Below, in pieces: positions 9,659-20,042 of a stretch of DNA of 64,000 nt. The stretch's first letter is position 1, and each line of letters begins with the position of its first letter. A model generated the notes under the pieces. The model did no database searches. It saw nothing but the letters and a program-made list of their open reading frames with translations, and was not told the DNA's origin. Origin of the DNA: Chloroflexota bacterium (GTDB lineage Bacteria; Chloroflexota; UBA11872; VXOZ01); assembly GCA_965221905.1 (NCBI GenBank), contig OZ244922.1:416001-480000 (forward strand), written 5' to 3'. Both the position numbers and the translations under genes were made by a program.

Positions 9659-9686
9659 CTTGAGGTTGATGACTAGTCAACTCAAG
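9659..9686. promoter_or_regulatory. candidate operator (inverted repeat)
   Basis: CTTGAG(G)TTGA-N7-TCAACTCAAG containing perfect TGACTAGTCA, 27 bp before the dehydratase start. Confidence 0.4.
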
Positions 9687-9712
9687 TCAAACTAGAGAAG
9701 AGAGAGGTAGAT

Positions 9713-10858
9713 ATGCGCATTACAGCGGTAGACACCTTCATCATGTGGGGGAATCCGCGGAATTGGGTCTTTGTGAAGATCTCCACCGACGAGCCGGAGC
9801 TTTACGGCTGGGGCGAGGCCACGCTGGAAGGCAAGGATGCCACGATTCGTACGGCCATCGGGCAGCTTGGCGAGACCCTAATCGGCAAGGACCCGCTGGA
9901 GACCGAGCGCCTTTGGCAGTCGCTTTATAAGGACGGCTTTTGGAAGGGCGGCGTGGTGATCAACACTGCTATTTCGGGTATAGACCAAGCCCTATGGGAT
10001 ATCAAGGGCAAGCATTACGGCGCGCCGGTCTATCAGTTGCTCGGCGGGCCCGCGCGCGACCGCATCCGGCTTTACACCCATGTCGGCATTTACGAGGCCG
10101 ACCGCATCGCGCCGGAAGCGCAAAAACACGTGGCGGCCGGCTTTACTGCTCTGAAAACCGGCGCGTGGGCAACGGATGAGCATATGGGAGACTATCAGCA
10201 CGCGGCGCTCTTGGGCGAACGCATCGCCGCCTTGCGCCAGGCCGTGGGGCCGGACGTGGACCTCATGATCGACAACCACGGCAAGAGCCGCCCGGCGCAG
10301 GCCATCCGCCAACTGCACGCCGTCAAGGATAGCCACATCACCTTCTTCGAGGAGCCGGTGCCGCCCGAAAACATCGAGGCGTTTCGGCCCGTGCGCGAGA
10401 CCGCCCGCGAACTCGGCATTGACCTGGCAACCGGCGAGCGCTACTTCAACAAGTGGCAGTATGCGCCCCTGCTGGCGGGCCAATATGTGGACGTGATCCA
10501 ACCCGACCTCTGCCACGCGGGCGGCATTACCGAGGTCAAGAAGATCGCCGCGCTGGCCGAGGTGCATCACGTGCTCGTGGCGCCCCATAACCCCCAAGGA
10601 CCGCTTTCCACGGCCGCCGCGGCGCACATCGGCATGAGCATCCCCAACTACCTCATGCTGGAATACGTCCCCAGCCAACCCTACCGCGACCGGGTGGTCA
10701 AAGAGCCGTGGCAGATCAAAGACGGCTACCTGCACGTGCCCGAACGCCCAGGCCTCGGCGCAGACCTGGACGAAGACGTCATCGCCGCCAACCCGCCCCG
10801 CAGCTTCGCGTACTTCAAGAACCTCCGCGACGACACCGGCGCGGTGATAGATATCTAA
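9713..10858 (+). CDS. mandelate racemase/enolase superfamily, galactonate dehydratase (DgoD)-like
   Basis: GWGEATLEG, AISGIDQALWDIKGK, D-E-E metal ligands (DNHG, FEEP, TGER), QPDLCHAGGITE, PHNPQGP. Confidence 0.88.
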   Translation: MRITAVDTFIMWGNPRNWVFVKISTDEPELYGWGEATLEGKDATIRTAIGQLGETLIGKDPLETERLWQSLYKDGFWKGGVVINTAISGIDQALWDIKGKHYGAPVYQLLGGPARDRIRLYTHVGIYEADRIAPEAQKHVAAGFTALKTGAWATDEHMGDYQHAALLGERIAALRQAVGPDVDLMIDNHGKSRPAQAIRQLHAVKDSHITFFEEPVPPENIEAFRPVRETARELGIDLATGERYFNKWQYAPLLAGQYVDVIQPDLCHAGGITEVKKIAALAEVHHVLVAPHNPQGPLSTAAAAHIGMSIPNYLMLEYVPSQPYRDRVVKEPWQIKDGYLHVPERPGLGADLDEDVIAANPPRSFAYFKNLRDDTGAVIDI

Positions 10859-11154
10859 GTGCTGCGACCGACTGGCAACGCCGCCTAGGGGGTGACAGCC
10901 ATCACCCTCACGCGCACTGTTACGGAGCTCCTGCAGAACTCTCTGGGGGGAGCCCACCCTTGGCGAAGTCTTGGGACTATGGACTTCACGCCAACTTTCG
11001 GCTTGGATGACACCCAGTTCGTGCACCAGAAAGCATGGCCTCGCTCAAAGCCCCTTGACACGTGTCTGTTGAAGTGTTCAGAACACTGCTAGTACAACAG
11101 CGTCCAGTGGCGATCATGCACGTGGTTTCTCGCTCAATCAAAACGACTCTGATA

Positions 11155-11239
11155 CAACTCACGGAAATATCACAAACCAACATCGTTGTTGTACACTGCT
11201 GGACAAAAGCAAGTTGCTGTAATGAGGAGAACAGTTGAG
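11155..11239 (+). promoter_or_regulatory. promoter/RBS block shared with propeller gene 3: TCAC direct repeat (11-bp period), -10 TACACT, AGGAGA
   Basis: Gapless similarity to 16856-16940. Confidence 0.6.
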
Positions 11240-13264
11240 ATGCGTAGACCTGCAGTTATCGGGCTACTATGCTTTACGGTAGTGTTGGCCGCTTTCATCT
11301 TGGCTTCTTGCGGTCCGCCGTCGCCACCCCCTGAGCCAGGGGATGTGGTGTGGGGCTATTACCCCCGGGGCGGAGCGATTGCATCCTCCCCAGCGGTCGT
11401 TGACGGCGTGGTGTACGCGAGTTCGTGGCGCCACGACGTATTTGCGTTGGATGCCTCGACCGGTGAGATTCGCTGGCGTTTCAAGACAAAGGATGGATCG
11501 TCTTCCTCGCCATCGATTGCTGAAGGCATTGTCTACGTAGGCTTGCTTAATGGCTTCATCAATGCCCTGGATGTGGTTACGGGAGAACTCCAATGGCGGT
11601 ACAAGACCGACGGTCCCATTCGTTCCTCTCCCGCCGTGGCTGAAGGCGCGGTCTATATCGGCTCGGATGACGACCATGTTTACGCTCTGGACGCCGCGAC
11701 CGGCGCAGAGCTTTGGCGGTTCCTTACCGGCGGTGACATCTGGTCTTCGCCGGAAGTGGTTGATGGTGTGGTCTATATCGGCTCGGATGACGACCATGTT
11801 TACGCTTTGGACGCCGCGACCGGCGCAGAACTTTGGCGGTACCAAACGGAAGGAAATATCTGGTCTACCCCATCAGTGGTTGCGGGCGTTCTCTATGTCG
11901 GTTCGTGGGATGATAACGTGTATGCGTTGGACGCCGCGACCGGCGAGCTGATTTGGCAATTTGAGGCAGTGGATAGCGTGACTTCCTCCCCGACGGTGAC
12001 TGACGGAGTGGTCTATGTCGGTTCAGCGGGGCATTACGTCTATGCGCTCAACGCCGAGACTGGCGAACGGATTTGGCTCTACAGGACGGGCGGTTCCGTA
12101 GAAGACTCTCTAGCAGTGTTCAATGGCCTGGTCTATGTGGGCTCCTGGGATGGCTACCTGTACGCACTGGAAGCAGCAACCGGAACACTCGTCTGGAAAT
12201 ACGAGACCGGAAGCTTGATAAACTCCAGCCCGGCCGTAGCCGATGAAGTGGTGTACATAGGGTCAAATGACGGGTACATTTACACTCTGGATGCTGAGTC
12301 CGGCGAGCTGCTATGGCGCTACCTCGCAATCGAAAACATGACGTACCCGACAGTTAGGGAGAGTGCAGTATACCTCAGCGCGTGTGCCGATCACATCTGC
12401 GCGCTCAATGCCGTAACCGGTGAACTCTTCTGGCTCTATCAGAGACCTGGCGACGTACTATCCATGCCAAGTTTCACGAAAGGATCGGTATTCTTCACTT
12501 CTCAGGGGGGCTACGTCTACGCGTACGACACAACAACCAGCGAACTCCGCTGGCGATTTCAAACCGATGGGGAAGTCCGGGCACCTGCGACAGTGGCTAA
12601 CGGGTTAGTTTACACCGCCGGCTTGGATGGATACGTCTATGCACTAAATGCTGCTAGTGGCGAATTGCGCTGGCGTTACGAGACCGGTGGTGAAGTGCGG
12701 TCGCCTCCGGCAGTAGCTGACGGCACAGTCTCCGTGATCTCCCACGACCGCTTTGTTTACGGGCTGGATGCCGAAACTGGAGAGCAGCGCTGGCAATTCC
12801 AGACCGGCTACTTTGTAGAGACCTCCCCGTCGGCGGCAGGTGGCGTGGTCTATGTGGGCTCAGATGACGGGTATCTCTATGCCTTGGATTCTGATAGCGG
12901 GGATCTGCTGTGGCGCTACTTGACGCAAGGCGAAGCATGGGGCTCGCCGGCAGTGATTGGCGGTGTAGTCTACGCCGGCTCGGATGACTCCCATGTGTAC
13001 GCGCTCGATGCCGAGAACGGTGAACTACTTTGGCGCTCGGAGACGGGTGATTTCATCTTCCATGCGCCAATAATGGTACGTGGCGTGGTCTACACGGGGT
13101 CGGAAGCCGGTTTAGTGCACGCGCTGGAGGCCGAGAACGGTGAGGTGCTCTGGAGTTCGGCAGTCCAAAGTGCAGTGCAGTCCTCACCCACGGTCATTGA
13201 CGGCAAGGTCTACGTCAGCACAGAGGATGGCTACGTATTTGCACTGTTCGCCTTTGATCCCTAA
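11240..13264 (+). CDS. PQQ/BamB-type beta-propeller repeat lipoprotein 1 (16 blades)
   Basis: Signal peptide with lipobox LASC; 40-aa repeats GELxWRxxT...SSPAVxDGVVYVGSxDxxVYALDA; RBS AGGAGA. Confidence 0.9.
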   Translation: MRRPAVIGLLCFTVVLAAFILASCGPPSPPPEPGDVVWGYYPRGGAIASSPAVVDGVVYASSWRHDVFALDASTGEIRWRFKTKDGSSSSPSIAEGIVYVGLLNGFINALDVVTGELQWRYKTDGPIRSSPAVAEGAVYIGSDDDHVYALDAATGAELWRFLTGGDIWSSPEVVDGVVYIGSDDDHVYALDAATGAELWRYQTEGNIWSTPSVVAGVLYVGSWDDNVYALDAATGELIWQFEAVDSVTSSPTVTDGVVYVGSAGHYVYALNAETGERIWLYRTGGSVEDSLAVFNGLVYVGSWDGYLYALEAATGTLVWKYETGSLINSSPAVADEVVYIGSNDGYIYTLDAESGELLWRYLAIENMTYPTVRESAVYLSACADHICALNAVTGELFWLYQRPGDVLSMPSFTKGSVFFTSQGGYVYAYDTTTSELRWRFQTDGEVRAPATVANGLVYTAGLDGYVYALNAASGELRWRYETGGEVRSPPAVADGTVSVISHDRFVYGLDAETGEQRWQFQTGYFVETSPSAAGGVVYVGSDDGYLYALDSDSGDLLWRYLTQGEAWGSPAVIGGVVYAGSDDSHVYALDAENGELLWRSETGDFIFHAPIMVRGVVYTGSEAGLVHALEAENGEVLWSSAVQSAVQSSPTVIDGKVYVSTEDGYVFALFAFDP

Positions 13265-13352
13265 CGCCGCATCAGTACAGCGCTTGACGCGCCATCAGTG
13301 GTACAGACTCAGTACAGACCTTGATCTTCTTGTGTTGGGATGGACTGCTGTG

Positions 13353-16300
13353 ATGCGTAGATCCTTAGTAATTGCCCTGCTATGGCTAGCACTGGCTCTT
13401 GCCTCTCTAACACTATTAGCATGTTCCACTACGCCGCCGGAGGAGGTGGAAGCTCCTCCGCCAGCGCCCACGGCAAGCCCGCAATCCACGCGGCCGCAGG
13501 TGGCTGGCGAGCCTGGCGAGTTGCTGTGGCGGCATGAAATTGGCGGCGCGGTGGCGTCTGCGCCCACTGTCGTTGACGGCGTAGTCTATTTCGGCTCGGA
13601 AGATCATCACGTTTACGCACTGGATGCTGCCACCGGCAGAGTGCTCTGGCGCTTTCTGGCGGAGCGTGAGGTCTGGCATTCACCGACGGTGCATGACGGC
13701 ACGGTCTATGTCACTAGCACACGGGGCTACTATCGCGACGGCAATAGCCCGGTGTACGCGCTGGATGCCGCTACCGGCGAACTGCGCTGGCTCTACCGCG
13801 TGAGCGGCTTCGTGGGGTCATCCCCGGCGGTGGGTGAAGGTGGGGTCTACGTCGGCTCCAGCGACGGCCACGTGTACGCGTTCGATGCTGATACCGGCGA
13901 AGTGCGCTGGCGCTTCTTAACAGAAAGTAAAGTGTTTGATTCTACGGTCGTTGGCGACGGCACAGTCTTCGCTAGCTCAGAAAAGGGATTCGTTTACGCC
14001 TTGGCGCCGGAGGACGGCACGCTGCTCTGGCAATATCAATTCGACGGCGCCGCGCTTTCCCCTGAGGCGGTGCGTGACGGCGTTGTTTACGTCACCGCGG
14101 GGGATGGACACATCCACGCTCTCGTCGCGGCTACCGGTGAACAGCTTTGGCGCTCCCAGCTCGAAGGCGGCTATGCAGTCCCGCCAATTGTGGCCGACGG
14201 CGTGATCTACGCGGTAAAGGCTAATAACCACGTACGGGCGTTCGCCACCACGGACGGCAAGCTGCTCTGGAGCTACCAAATTGACGGTGAGGCGTATAAG
14301 TCGCTGGCAGTTGCTGACGGTGCCGTCTACATCGGATCAAACAACGGCCGCGTCTACGGCCTCGATGCACTAGCTGGAGTCTTGGTGCGAGAATACGCGC
14401 TGGGGGATGAGGTACGACTCTTTCCGTCAGTGAACGATGGCGTGCTCTATGTTGGCTCACAAGGCGGTCACGTGCACGCGCTCGACGCCGCCACCGGAGA
14501 ACAGCGCTGGCGTTACGTAACAGGCAGTGCCGTGGCTTTCTCACCGGCGGAAGTTGGCAACGCCGTCTACGTCAGCTCGCCCGAAGGCGGCGTATACGCG
14601 CTGGATGCCACAACAGGGGAGGTGCATTGGTATACCGAGACGGACGAGACTGGGATCACCTCGCCTATTCTGCTCGACAATGCCGTTTACGCGAGCTCGG
14701 GAAACGGTCAAGTGTATGCGCTGGATGCGGTGAAAGGAGACGTGCTCTGGCGCATTAAACTGGATGACCATGTGACCACTCCGGCAATACATGGCGACGT
14801 AATCTACGTTGGCTCGAACAAGGCCGATTCCAAAGCAAGCCGCGTGCATGCGCGGTCTCGCGAGACCGGTGAAATCCTCTGGCAGTTCGAGGCTGATGAC
14901 CAGGTCCAATTCAGTTCCCCGCCGGTCGTGGATGGAGATACGGTCTACGTTGTTTCATACTGGGGCCCGATATTTGCGCTGGACGCCGCGAATGGGGAAG
15001 AACAGTGGCGTTCCCGCGCTCGCAGTAGGGTGTGGTATTCTCCGGCTGTACAAGACGGGGTGGTTTATGTTAGCGGAGAGCGTGGGTATGTAAGCGCCTT
15101 TGATGCAGCGACCGGTAGTGAACTGTGGCAGTTTAGAACCGAGTCTGCGGCGTCCTCTTCTCTTGCAAATGGAAAGCAGGCTAGCGGCCTCTACTCGTCC
15201 GTCAGCTGGACCGAGATTCTTTCGGGCCCGGCTGTCGCCGACGGCGTAGTCTACGTCGGCTCCTTGTTTGGGTTCGTCTTCGCCCTTGATGCCGCGACGG
15301 GCAAACAGCTATGGCGCCAATACGGAACGAGTGAAGTGCTCCATCTACCGCCAAAGGTGATTGACGGCGTTGTCTACGTCGGGTCGGGCAATGGTTGGGT
15401 GCAAGCGCTCGATGCCATGACTGGGGAAATCTATTGGTCGTACCGGGCAGACGGCAGCCTTTGGGACTTTCAAGCAACGGGCAACGGCGCGCTGTTCGGC
15501 ATCGCCGTATGGGAGCTATATCCTGGGTTCAGAACCGTCGTATACGCGCTGAATGCCCTGCCTCCGGCAACTCCGCTGCAAGGCAAGTTGCTCTGGAGTT
15601 ACCCGCGGGCCGGCGAATCACCTTCTCCGCCGGTGCTGAGTGACGGCGTGATCTACCTCAGATCGTTCTCTGGCAGGGTCATTGCGCTGGATGCCGTCGG
15701 CGGGGAGCTTCTTTGGCAATTTCAGACAGAAGGCTACATACGTGGATCACCAAGATTAGGCGCGGACATGGCCTACATCGGCTCCGACGATGGCTACGTG
15801 TACGCGCTGGATGCCGCTACCGGAGAGGTTTCCTGGCGATTCGAGGCGGGTGCGAGCTACTATTCATCGCCCTTCCCAACAGTGGTTGACGGCGCGGTTT
15901 ACGTGGGGTCGGCCGATGGCAACGTGTACGCGCTGGACGCCGATTCCGGTGAACTGCACTGGCGTTACAGCATTGGGTTGAGGTCGCATCCTTATTTGGC
16001 GATTAGTGGAATGATCTTCGTTGGCGGAGGTCGCGGCACTTTACATGCGCTGGACTCTGCGACGGGAGAGGTCCGGTGGGGTATTCAGAGAGGTATTTAC
16101 CAGATATTTCCCGCGCTGGTTGTCGAGGACGTGCTCTACGCCGTTTCGGGTGACGGTCACGCGTACGCATTCGATGTGTTTACAGGGAAAATGCTGTGGC
16201 GCTACACCTACCGGGCGGGCCATGGCTTGGGATATGTGCCGACGGTGGCTGATGGCGTCCTCTACGTGGGCTCCGACGATTACCACGTCTATGCCTTGGA

Positions 16301-16559
16301 CGCCACGAGCGGCGCACTCCTTTGGCGCTTCTACGCGGATGGTATGGTGCAATCCACACCTGCGGTGGCTGACGGCATCGTCTACGCCGGCTCAGAAGGC
16401 GGCTACGCGTATGCGCTGGACGCCAAGACCGGTGAGCTTCTTTGGCGCTACTCAATAGGCGGTGGCATGCAGGGCGCCCCGGTGGTGGATAACGGCGTTA
16501 TCTACGTCAGCTCATATTCCGGTTTCGTCTACGCGTTGGAGGCCAGGCCTGGAGAGTAA
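13353..16559 (+). CDS. PQQ/BamB-type beta-propeller repeat lipoprotein 2 (24 blades)
   Basis: MRRSLV...LLAC lipobox, Pro-rich linker, PQQ-type repeats, ends ARPGE. Confidence 0.9.
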   Translation: MRRSLVIALLWLALALASLTLLACSTTPPEEVEAPPPAPTASPQSTRPQVAGEPGELLWRHEIGGAVASAPTVVDGVVYFGSEDHHVYALDAATGRVLWRFLAEREVWHSPTVHDGTVYVTSTRGYYRDGNSPVYALDAATGELRWLYRVSGFVGSSPAVGEGGVYVGSSDGHVYAFDADTGEVRWRFLTESKVFDSTVVGDGTVFASSEKGFVYALAPEDGTLLWQYQFDGAALSPEAVRDGVVYVTAGDGHIHALVAATGEQLWRSQLEGGYAVPPIVADGVIYAVKANNHVRAFATTDGKLLWSYQIDGEAYKSLAVADGAVYIGSNNGRVYGLDALAGVLVREYALGDEVRLFPSVNDGVLYVGSQGGHVHALDAATGEQRWRYVTGSAVAFSPAEVGNAVYVSSPEGGVYALDATTGEVHWYTETDETGITSPILLDNAVYASSGNGQVYALDAVKGDVLWRIKLDDHVTTPAIHGDVIYVGSNKADSKASRVHARSRETGEILWQFEADDQVQFSSPPVVDGDTVYVVSYWGPIFALDAANGEEQWRSRARSRVWYSPAVQDGVVYVSGERGYVSAFDAATGSELWQFRTESAASSSLANGKQASGLYSSVSWTEILSGPAVADGVVYVGSLFGFVFALDAATGKQLWRQYGTSEVLHLPPKVIDGVVYVGSGNGWVQALDAMTGEIYWSYRADGSLWDFQATGNGALFGIAVWELYPGFRTVVYALNALPPATPLQGKLLWSYPRAGESPSPPVLSDGVIYLRSFSGRVIALDAVGGELLWQFQTEGYIRGSPRLGADMAYIGSDDGYVYALDAATGEVSWRFEAGASYYSSPFPTVVDGAVYVGSADGNVYALDADSGELHWRYSIGLRSHPYLAISGMIFVGGGRGTLHALDSATGEVRWGIQRGIYQIFPALVVEDVLYAVSGDGHAYAFDVFTGKMLWRYTYRAGHGLGYVPTVADGVLYVGSDDYHVYALDATSGALLWRFYADGMVQSTPAVADGIVYAGSEGGYAYALDAKTGELLWRYSIGGGMQGAPVVDNGVIYVSSYSGFVYALEARPGE

Positions 16560-16855
16560 TACGCCAAGCATGTAGGTAAGTGGGATTATACTGCTTCGGC
16601 CGACCGGGCGGCCGTCCAAAGTGCTTGTTTTTCGCGGCGTTGAGATGGCGAGAGGCCGTTCCTTGTAGCATCTTTTAGATCCCGCTGGTTCGTCGCAGAA
16701 TGACAGGAGTGCTGTACGCGAGGTTGCCCCTTGAAGTGCGGCTTCTGTCTCGCTTCTCGACGCTCCCCTGCCGGTATGTCTTGTATCCTTTCAGTTCATA
16801 TCCGTCCAGCAGCGTCCTGCATATTGGTGTGCGCCCCATTTGCGCAACTCTGCCG

Positions 16856-16940
16856 CAACTCACAGAAATATCACAGAAGATCGGTGGTGGAGTATACTTC
16901 TGGACAAGACCGAATTGCTACATTAAGGAGAACGGCCGAG
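16856..16940 (+). promoter_or_regulatory. promoter/RBS block paralogous to 11155-11239: TCAC direct repeat, -10 TATACT, AAGGAGA
   Basis: Same motifs at identical distances from the ATG. Confidence 0.6.
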
Positions 16941-19900
16941 ATGTGTCGGCTCGCCATCCTTGCACTATTTTGGCTGATACTGGCCGTAGCTGCTACCTTG
17001 GCAGTCTCGTGCGGCCCTCCGCCTGCCCGTGACGAACCAGTGCCCCCTGCCAGACCGTCGCCCCGTCCTTCAGTTGACAGGCCTGGAGACATCGTCTGGT
17101 TCTATCGGTATGAAGGGCGCAGTGCGGTAGTTTCCTCTTCCGCGGTGGTTGACGGCGTGATTTACTTTGGCGCGGGAGATGGCTACGTCTATGCGGTGGA
17201 CGCAGCCACGCGCAAGGTAATCTGGCGCTTTCAAACCGGAGCCGGTGTTTTTTCCTCCCCTACGGTAGTGGACGGCGTGGTCTACGTCGGCTCAAGTGAT
17301 AACCACGTCTACGCTCTGGATGCTGACACCGGCGAACACATCTGGCGCTATCTGACTGGCGAGCGTGTTGATTCTTCGCCTGCAGTAGTGGATGGCGTGG
17401 TGTACGTCGGGTCATTCGATGACCACGTCTACGCTCTGGATGCCGCCACTGGCGCACTCATTTGGCGCTTTCACACCCGTGATAGCATAGATTCTTCCCC
17501 GGCGGTAGCGGACGGTGTGGTCTTCTTTGGCTCCATAGATAGGCATGTCTACGCTGTGGACGCGGCTACCGGCGAACTCCGCTGGCGCTTCCCGACGGGA
17601 CACTTTGTACGATCTTCCCCAGCGGTGGTGGACGGCGTAGTCTATGTCGGTTCCTATGATAGCAACCTGTACGCACTGGATGCTGTCAGTGGAAAGCGTC
17701 TTTGGAGTTTCAGAGCCGGACTTCCTGTTCACTCGTCTCCGGCAGTCGCTAACGGAACAGTATATTTCGGCTCAAGCGATAGCTACGTCTATGCGGTAGA
17801 TACAGGTAGCGGCGAATTGCGCTGGCGTTACCAGACAGGCGGCTATGTGAGTTCCTCTCCGGCGGTGGCAGACGGCGCAGTCTTCGTTGGCTCAGATGAC
17901 GATCATGTTTACGTTCTAGATGCTGGATCCGGAGAACTCCGCTGGCGCTTCCGAACTGATTCAAACGTGAGTTCCTCCCCAACGGTGGCCGATGGCGTGG
18001 CCTACGTCGGCTCAATTGACGGCCATCTGTACGCCCTGGATGCGAAGACCGGCAAACGGCGCTGGCGCTTCCTCACGGGCGAAGGCGTGACCCATCCAAC
18101 GCCGGAGGACGCCAACGTCGTTCACGTTAGCGCGGGCGCCAATCATATTTTCGCGCTTGATGCCACCAAGGGGACGCTGTATTGGCGCCTCTATCAAGCC
18201 GGCGACGTGGTGTGGCAAGCGCCAACCGTCGCAGACGGCGTGCTGTACGCCACCTATGCTGACGGCCGAGTCTCTGCCGTCGACGCGATTACGGGCGATG
18301 TGCTGTGGACTTTCCAGGCTGATGGCGGAATTACGTCCTCTCCGGCGGTGGCCGACGGCGTGGCTTCCTTCATTTCGCAGGATGGGTTTGTTTACGGGCT
18401 GAATGCCAGTACTGGAGAGCAACTATGGCGCGTTCAGACCGGCTACTTCGTTGAGACCTCTCCGGCGATAGGCGGCGGCACGGTCTACGTAGGCTCGGAC
18501 GACGGCTACCTCTACGCCCTGGATGCCGGCAGCGGCGAATTGCTGTGGCATTACCTAACGCAGGGCGAAGCGTGGGGCACACCGGCGGCCACCGGCGGCG
18601 CGGTCTATGCCGGTTCGGACGACGGCCGCTTCCACGCGCTAGACGCCGGTGGCGGGGAACTACTGTGGCGCTATGAAGCGGTGGGAGCACTTTGGGGCTC
18701 GCCGGCAGTAATTGCCGGCGCAGTATATGTGGGCTCCGATGATGGCTACGTCTATGCATTTGATGCCGAGAGCGGCGAACTATTCTGGCGCTCCAAGACA
18801 GACGGATTCGTACTCCATCCCCCAGTCATGGTAGGCGGGGTGGTCTACGCTGGGTCAGACGAAGGCCGTGTGTACGCGCTGGATGCGGAAAAGGGGAAGC
18901 AACTGTGGCTCAGTTATAGGCAAGGCGCGCTGCAAGCCTCCCCTTTGGTGAGGGACGGCAGAGTCATTGTCAGTACAGATAAAGGGTACGTCCACGCGCT
19001 CTTCGCTTATGATCCGAACCCTCAGCCGGAGCCTCAAGCAGCGTTGGAGACCGGAGTCAGTGAGCCGCGCCATGGGGACTTACTCTGGCGGTATCGGACC
19101 GGCGCCGGCGTCTGGTCTTCCCCCGCAGTTGAAGATGGCGTGGTTGCCATCGGCTCTGACGATCATCACGTGTACACCCTGGATGCCGCTACCGGTGAAC
19201 TCCTCTGGCGTTTCCGGACTGAAAGTGTTGTGAACTCTCCTCTCACAATTCATGGCGGTGTGGTCTACGTCGGGTCAGACGATCACTCCGTCTACGCGCT
19301 GGATGCCATATCCGGCCACCTTGTGTGGCAATTCCAGACCGATGGTTGGTTGAACTCTTCGCCAACTGTGGCAGGTGGCGTGGCCTATGTTGGTTCGCAA
19401 GACGCCTTCGTGTATGCATTGGACGCCGAGAAAGGCGACCTACTGTGGCGGTATGAGACGGGCGCTGAGGTGAGTTCTTCTCCGGCGGTGGGGAACGGCG
19501 CGGTGTACGTAACCTCCCTTGATAGATACGTTTACGCTCTTGACGCCGAGAACGGCGCACTCATCTGGCGGTATGCAACCGGCGCAGGGGTGGACTCGTC
19601 CCCGACCCTGGCCGACGGTGTTGTCTACGCCGGTTCGCTGGATAACTACCTCTATGCGCTCGACGCTGACACGGGCGCGTTGCTCTGGCGCTACCGGACA
19701 TATTCCGAAATATGGTCCTCCCCGGCAGTGGGCAACGGCATGGTCTACGTCGGCGCCCGAGATCTCCGCGTACACGCCCTGGATGCCGAGAGTGGCGAGC
19801 TTGTTTGGGAGTACGCAACCGGCGCAGAGGTGAATTCTTCCCCTACGGTGGCGGACGGCGTGGTCTACGTCGGCTCGTTTGATGATCACCTCTACGCGCT

Positions 19901-20042
19901 GGACGCCGCGACGGGCGAACTTCACTGGCGCTACCGGACAGGCGGTGGCATCTGGTCTTCGCCGGCAGTGGTTGACGGCGTGGTCTACGTCGGCTCGAGT
20001 GACGGCTACGTCTACGCGCTGAAGGCCACGCCCGGCGAGTAA
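16941..20042 (+). CDS. PQQ/BamB-type beta-propeller repeat lipoprotein 3 (24 blades)
   Basis: Signal peptide ending LAVSC, RBS AAGGAG, regular 40-aa repeats, ends ATPGE. Confidence 0.9.
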   Translation: MCRLAILALFWLILAVAATLAVSCGPPPARDEPVPPARPSPRPSVDRPGDIVWFYRYEGRSAVVSSSAVVDGVIYFGAGDGYVYAVDAATRKVIWRFQTGAGVFSSPTVVDGVVYVGSSDNHVYALDADTGEHIWRYLTGERVDSSPAVVDGVVYVGSFDDHVYALDAATGALIWRFHTRDSIDSSPAVADGVVFFGSIDRHVYAVDAATGELRWRFPTGHFVRSSPAVVDGVVYVGSYDSNLYALDAVSGKRLWSFRAGLPVHSSPAVANGTVYFGSSDSYVYAVDTGSGELRWRYQTGGYVSSSPAVADGAVFVGSDDDHVYVLDAGSGELRWRFRTDSNVSSSPTVADGVAYVGSIDGHLYALDAKTGKRRWRFLTGEGVTHPTPEDANVVHVSAGANHIFALDATKGTLYWRLYQAGDVVWQAPTVADGVLYATYADGRVSAVDAITGDVLWTFQADGGITSSPAVADGVASFISQDGFVYGLNASTGEQLWRVQTGYFVETSPAIGGGTVYVGSDDGYLYALDAGSGELLWHYLTQGEAWGTPAATGGAVYAGSDDGRFHALDAGGGELLWRYEAVGALWGSPAVIAGAVYVGSDDGYVYAFDAESGELFWRSKTDGFVLHPPVMVGGVVYAGSDEGRVYALDAEKGKQLWLSYRQGALQASPLVRDGRVIVSTDKGYVHALFAYDPNPQPEPQAALETGVSEPRHGDLLWRYRTGAGVWSSPAVEDGVVAIGSDDHHVYTLDAATGELLWRFRTESVVNSPLTIHGGVVYVGSDDHSVYALDAISGHLVWQFQTDGWLNSSPTVAGGVAYVGSQDAFVYALDAEKGDLLWRYETGAEVSSSPAVGNGAVYVTSLDRYVYALDAENGALIWRYATGAGVDSSPTLADGVVYAGSLDNYLYALDADTGALLWRYRTYSEIWSSPAVGNGMVYVGARDLRVHALDAESGELVWEYATGAEVNSSPTVADGVVYVGSFDDHLYALDAATGELHWRYRTGGGIWSSPAVVDGVVYVGSSDGYVYALKATPGE

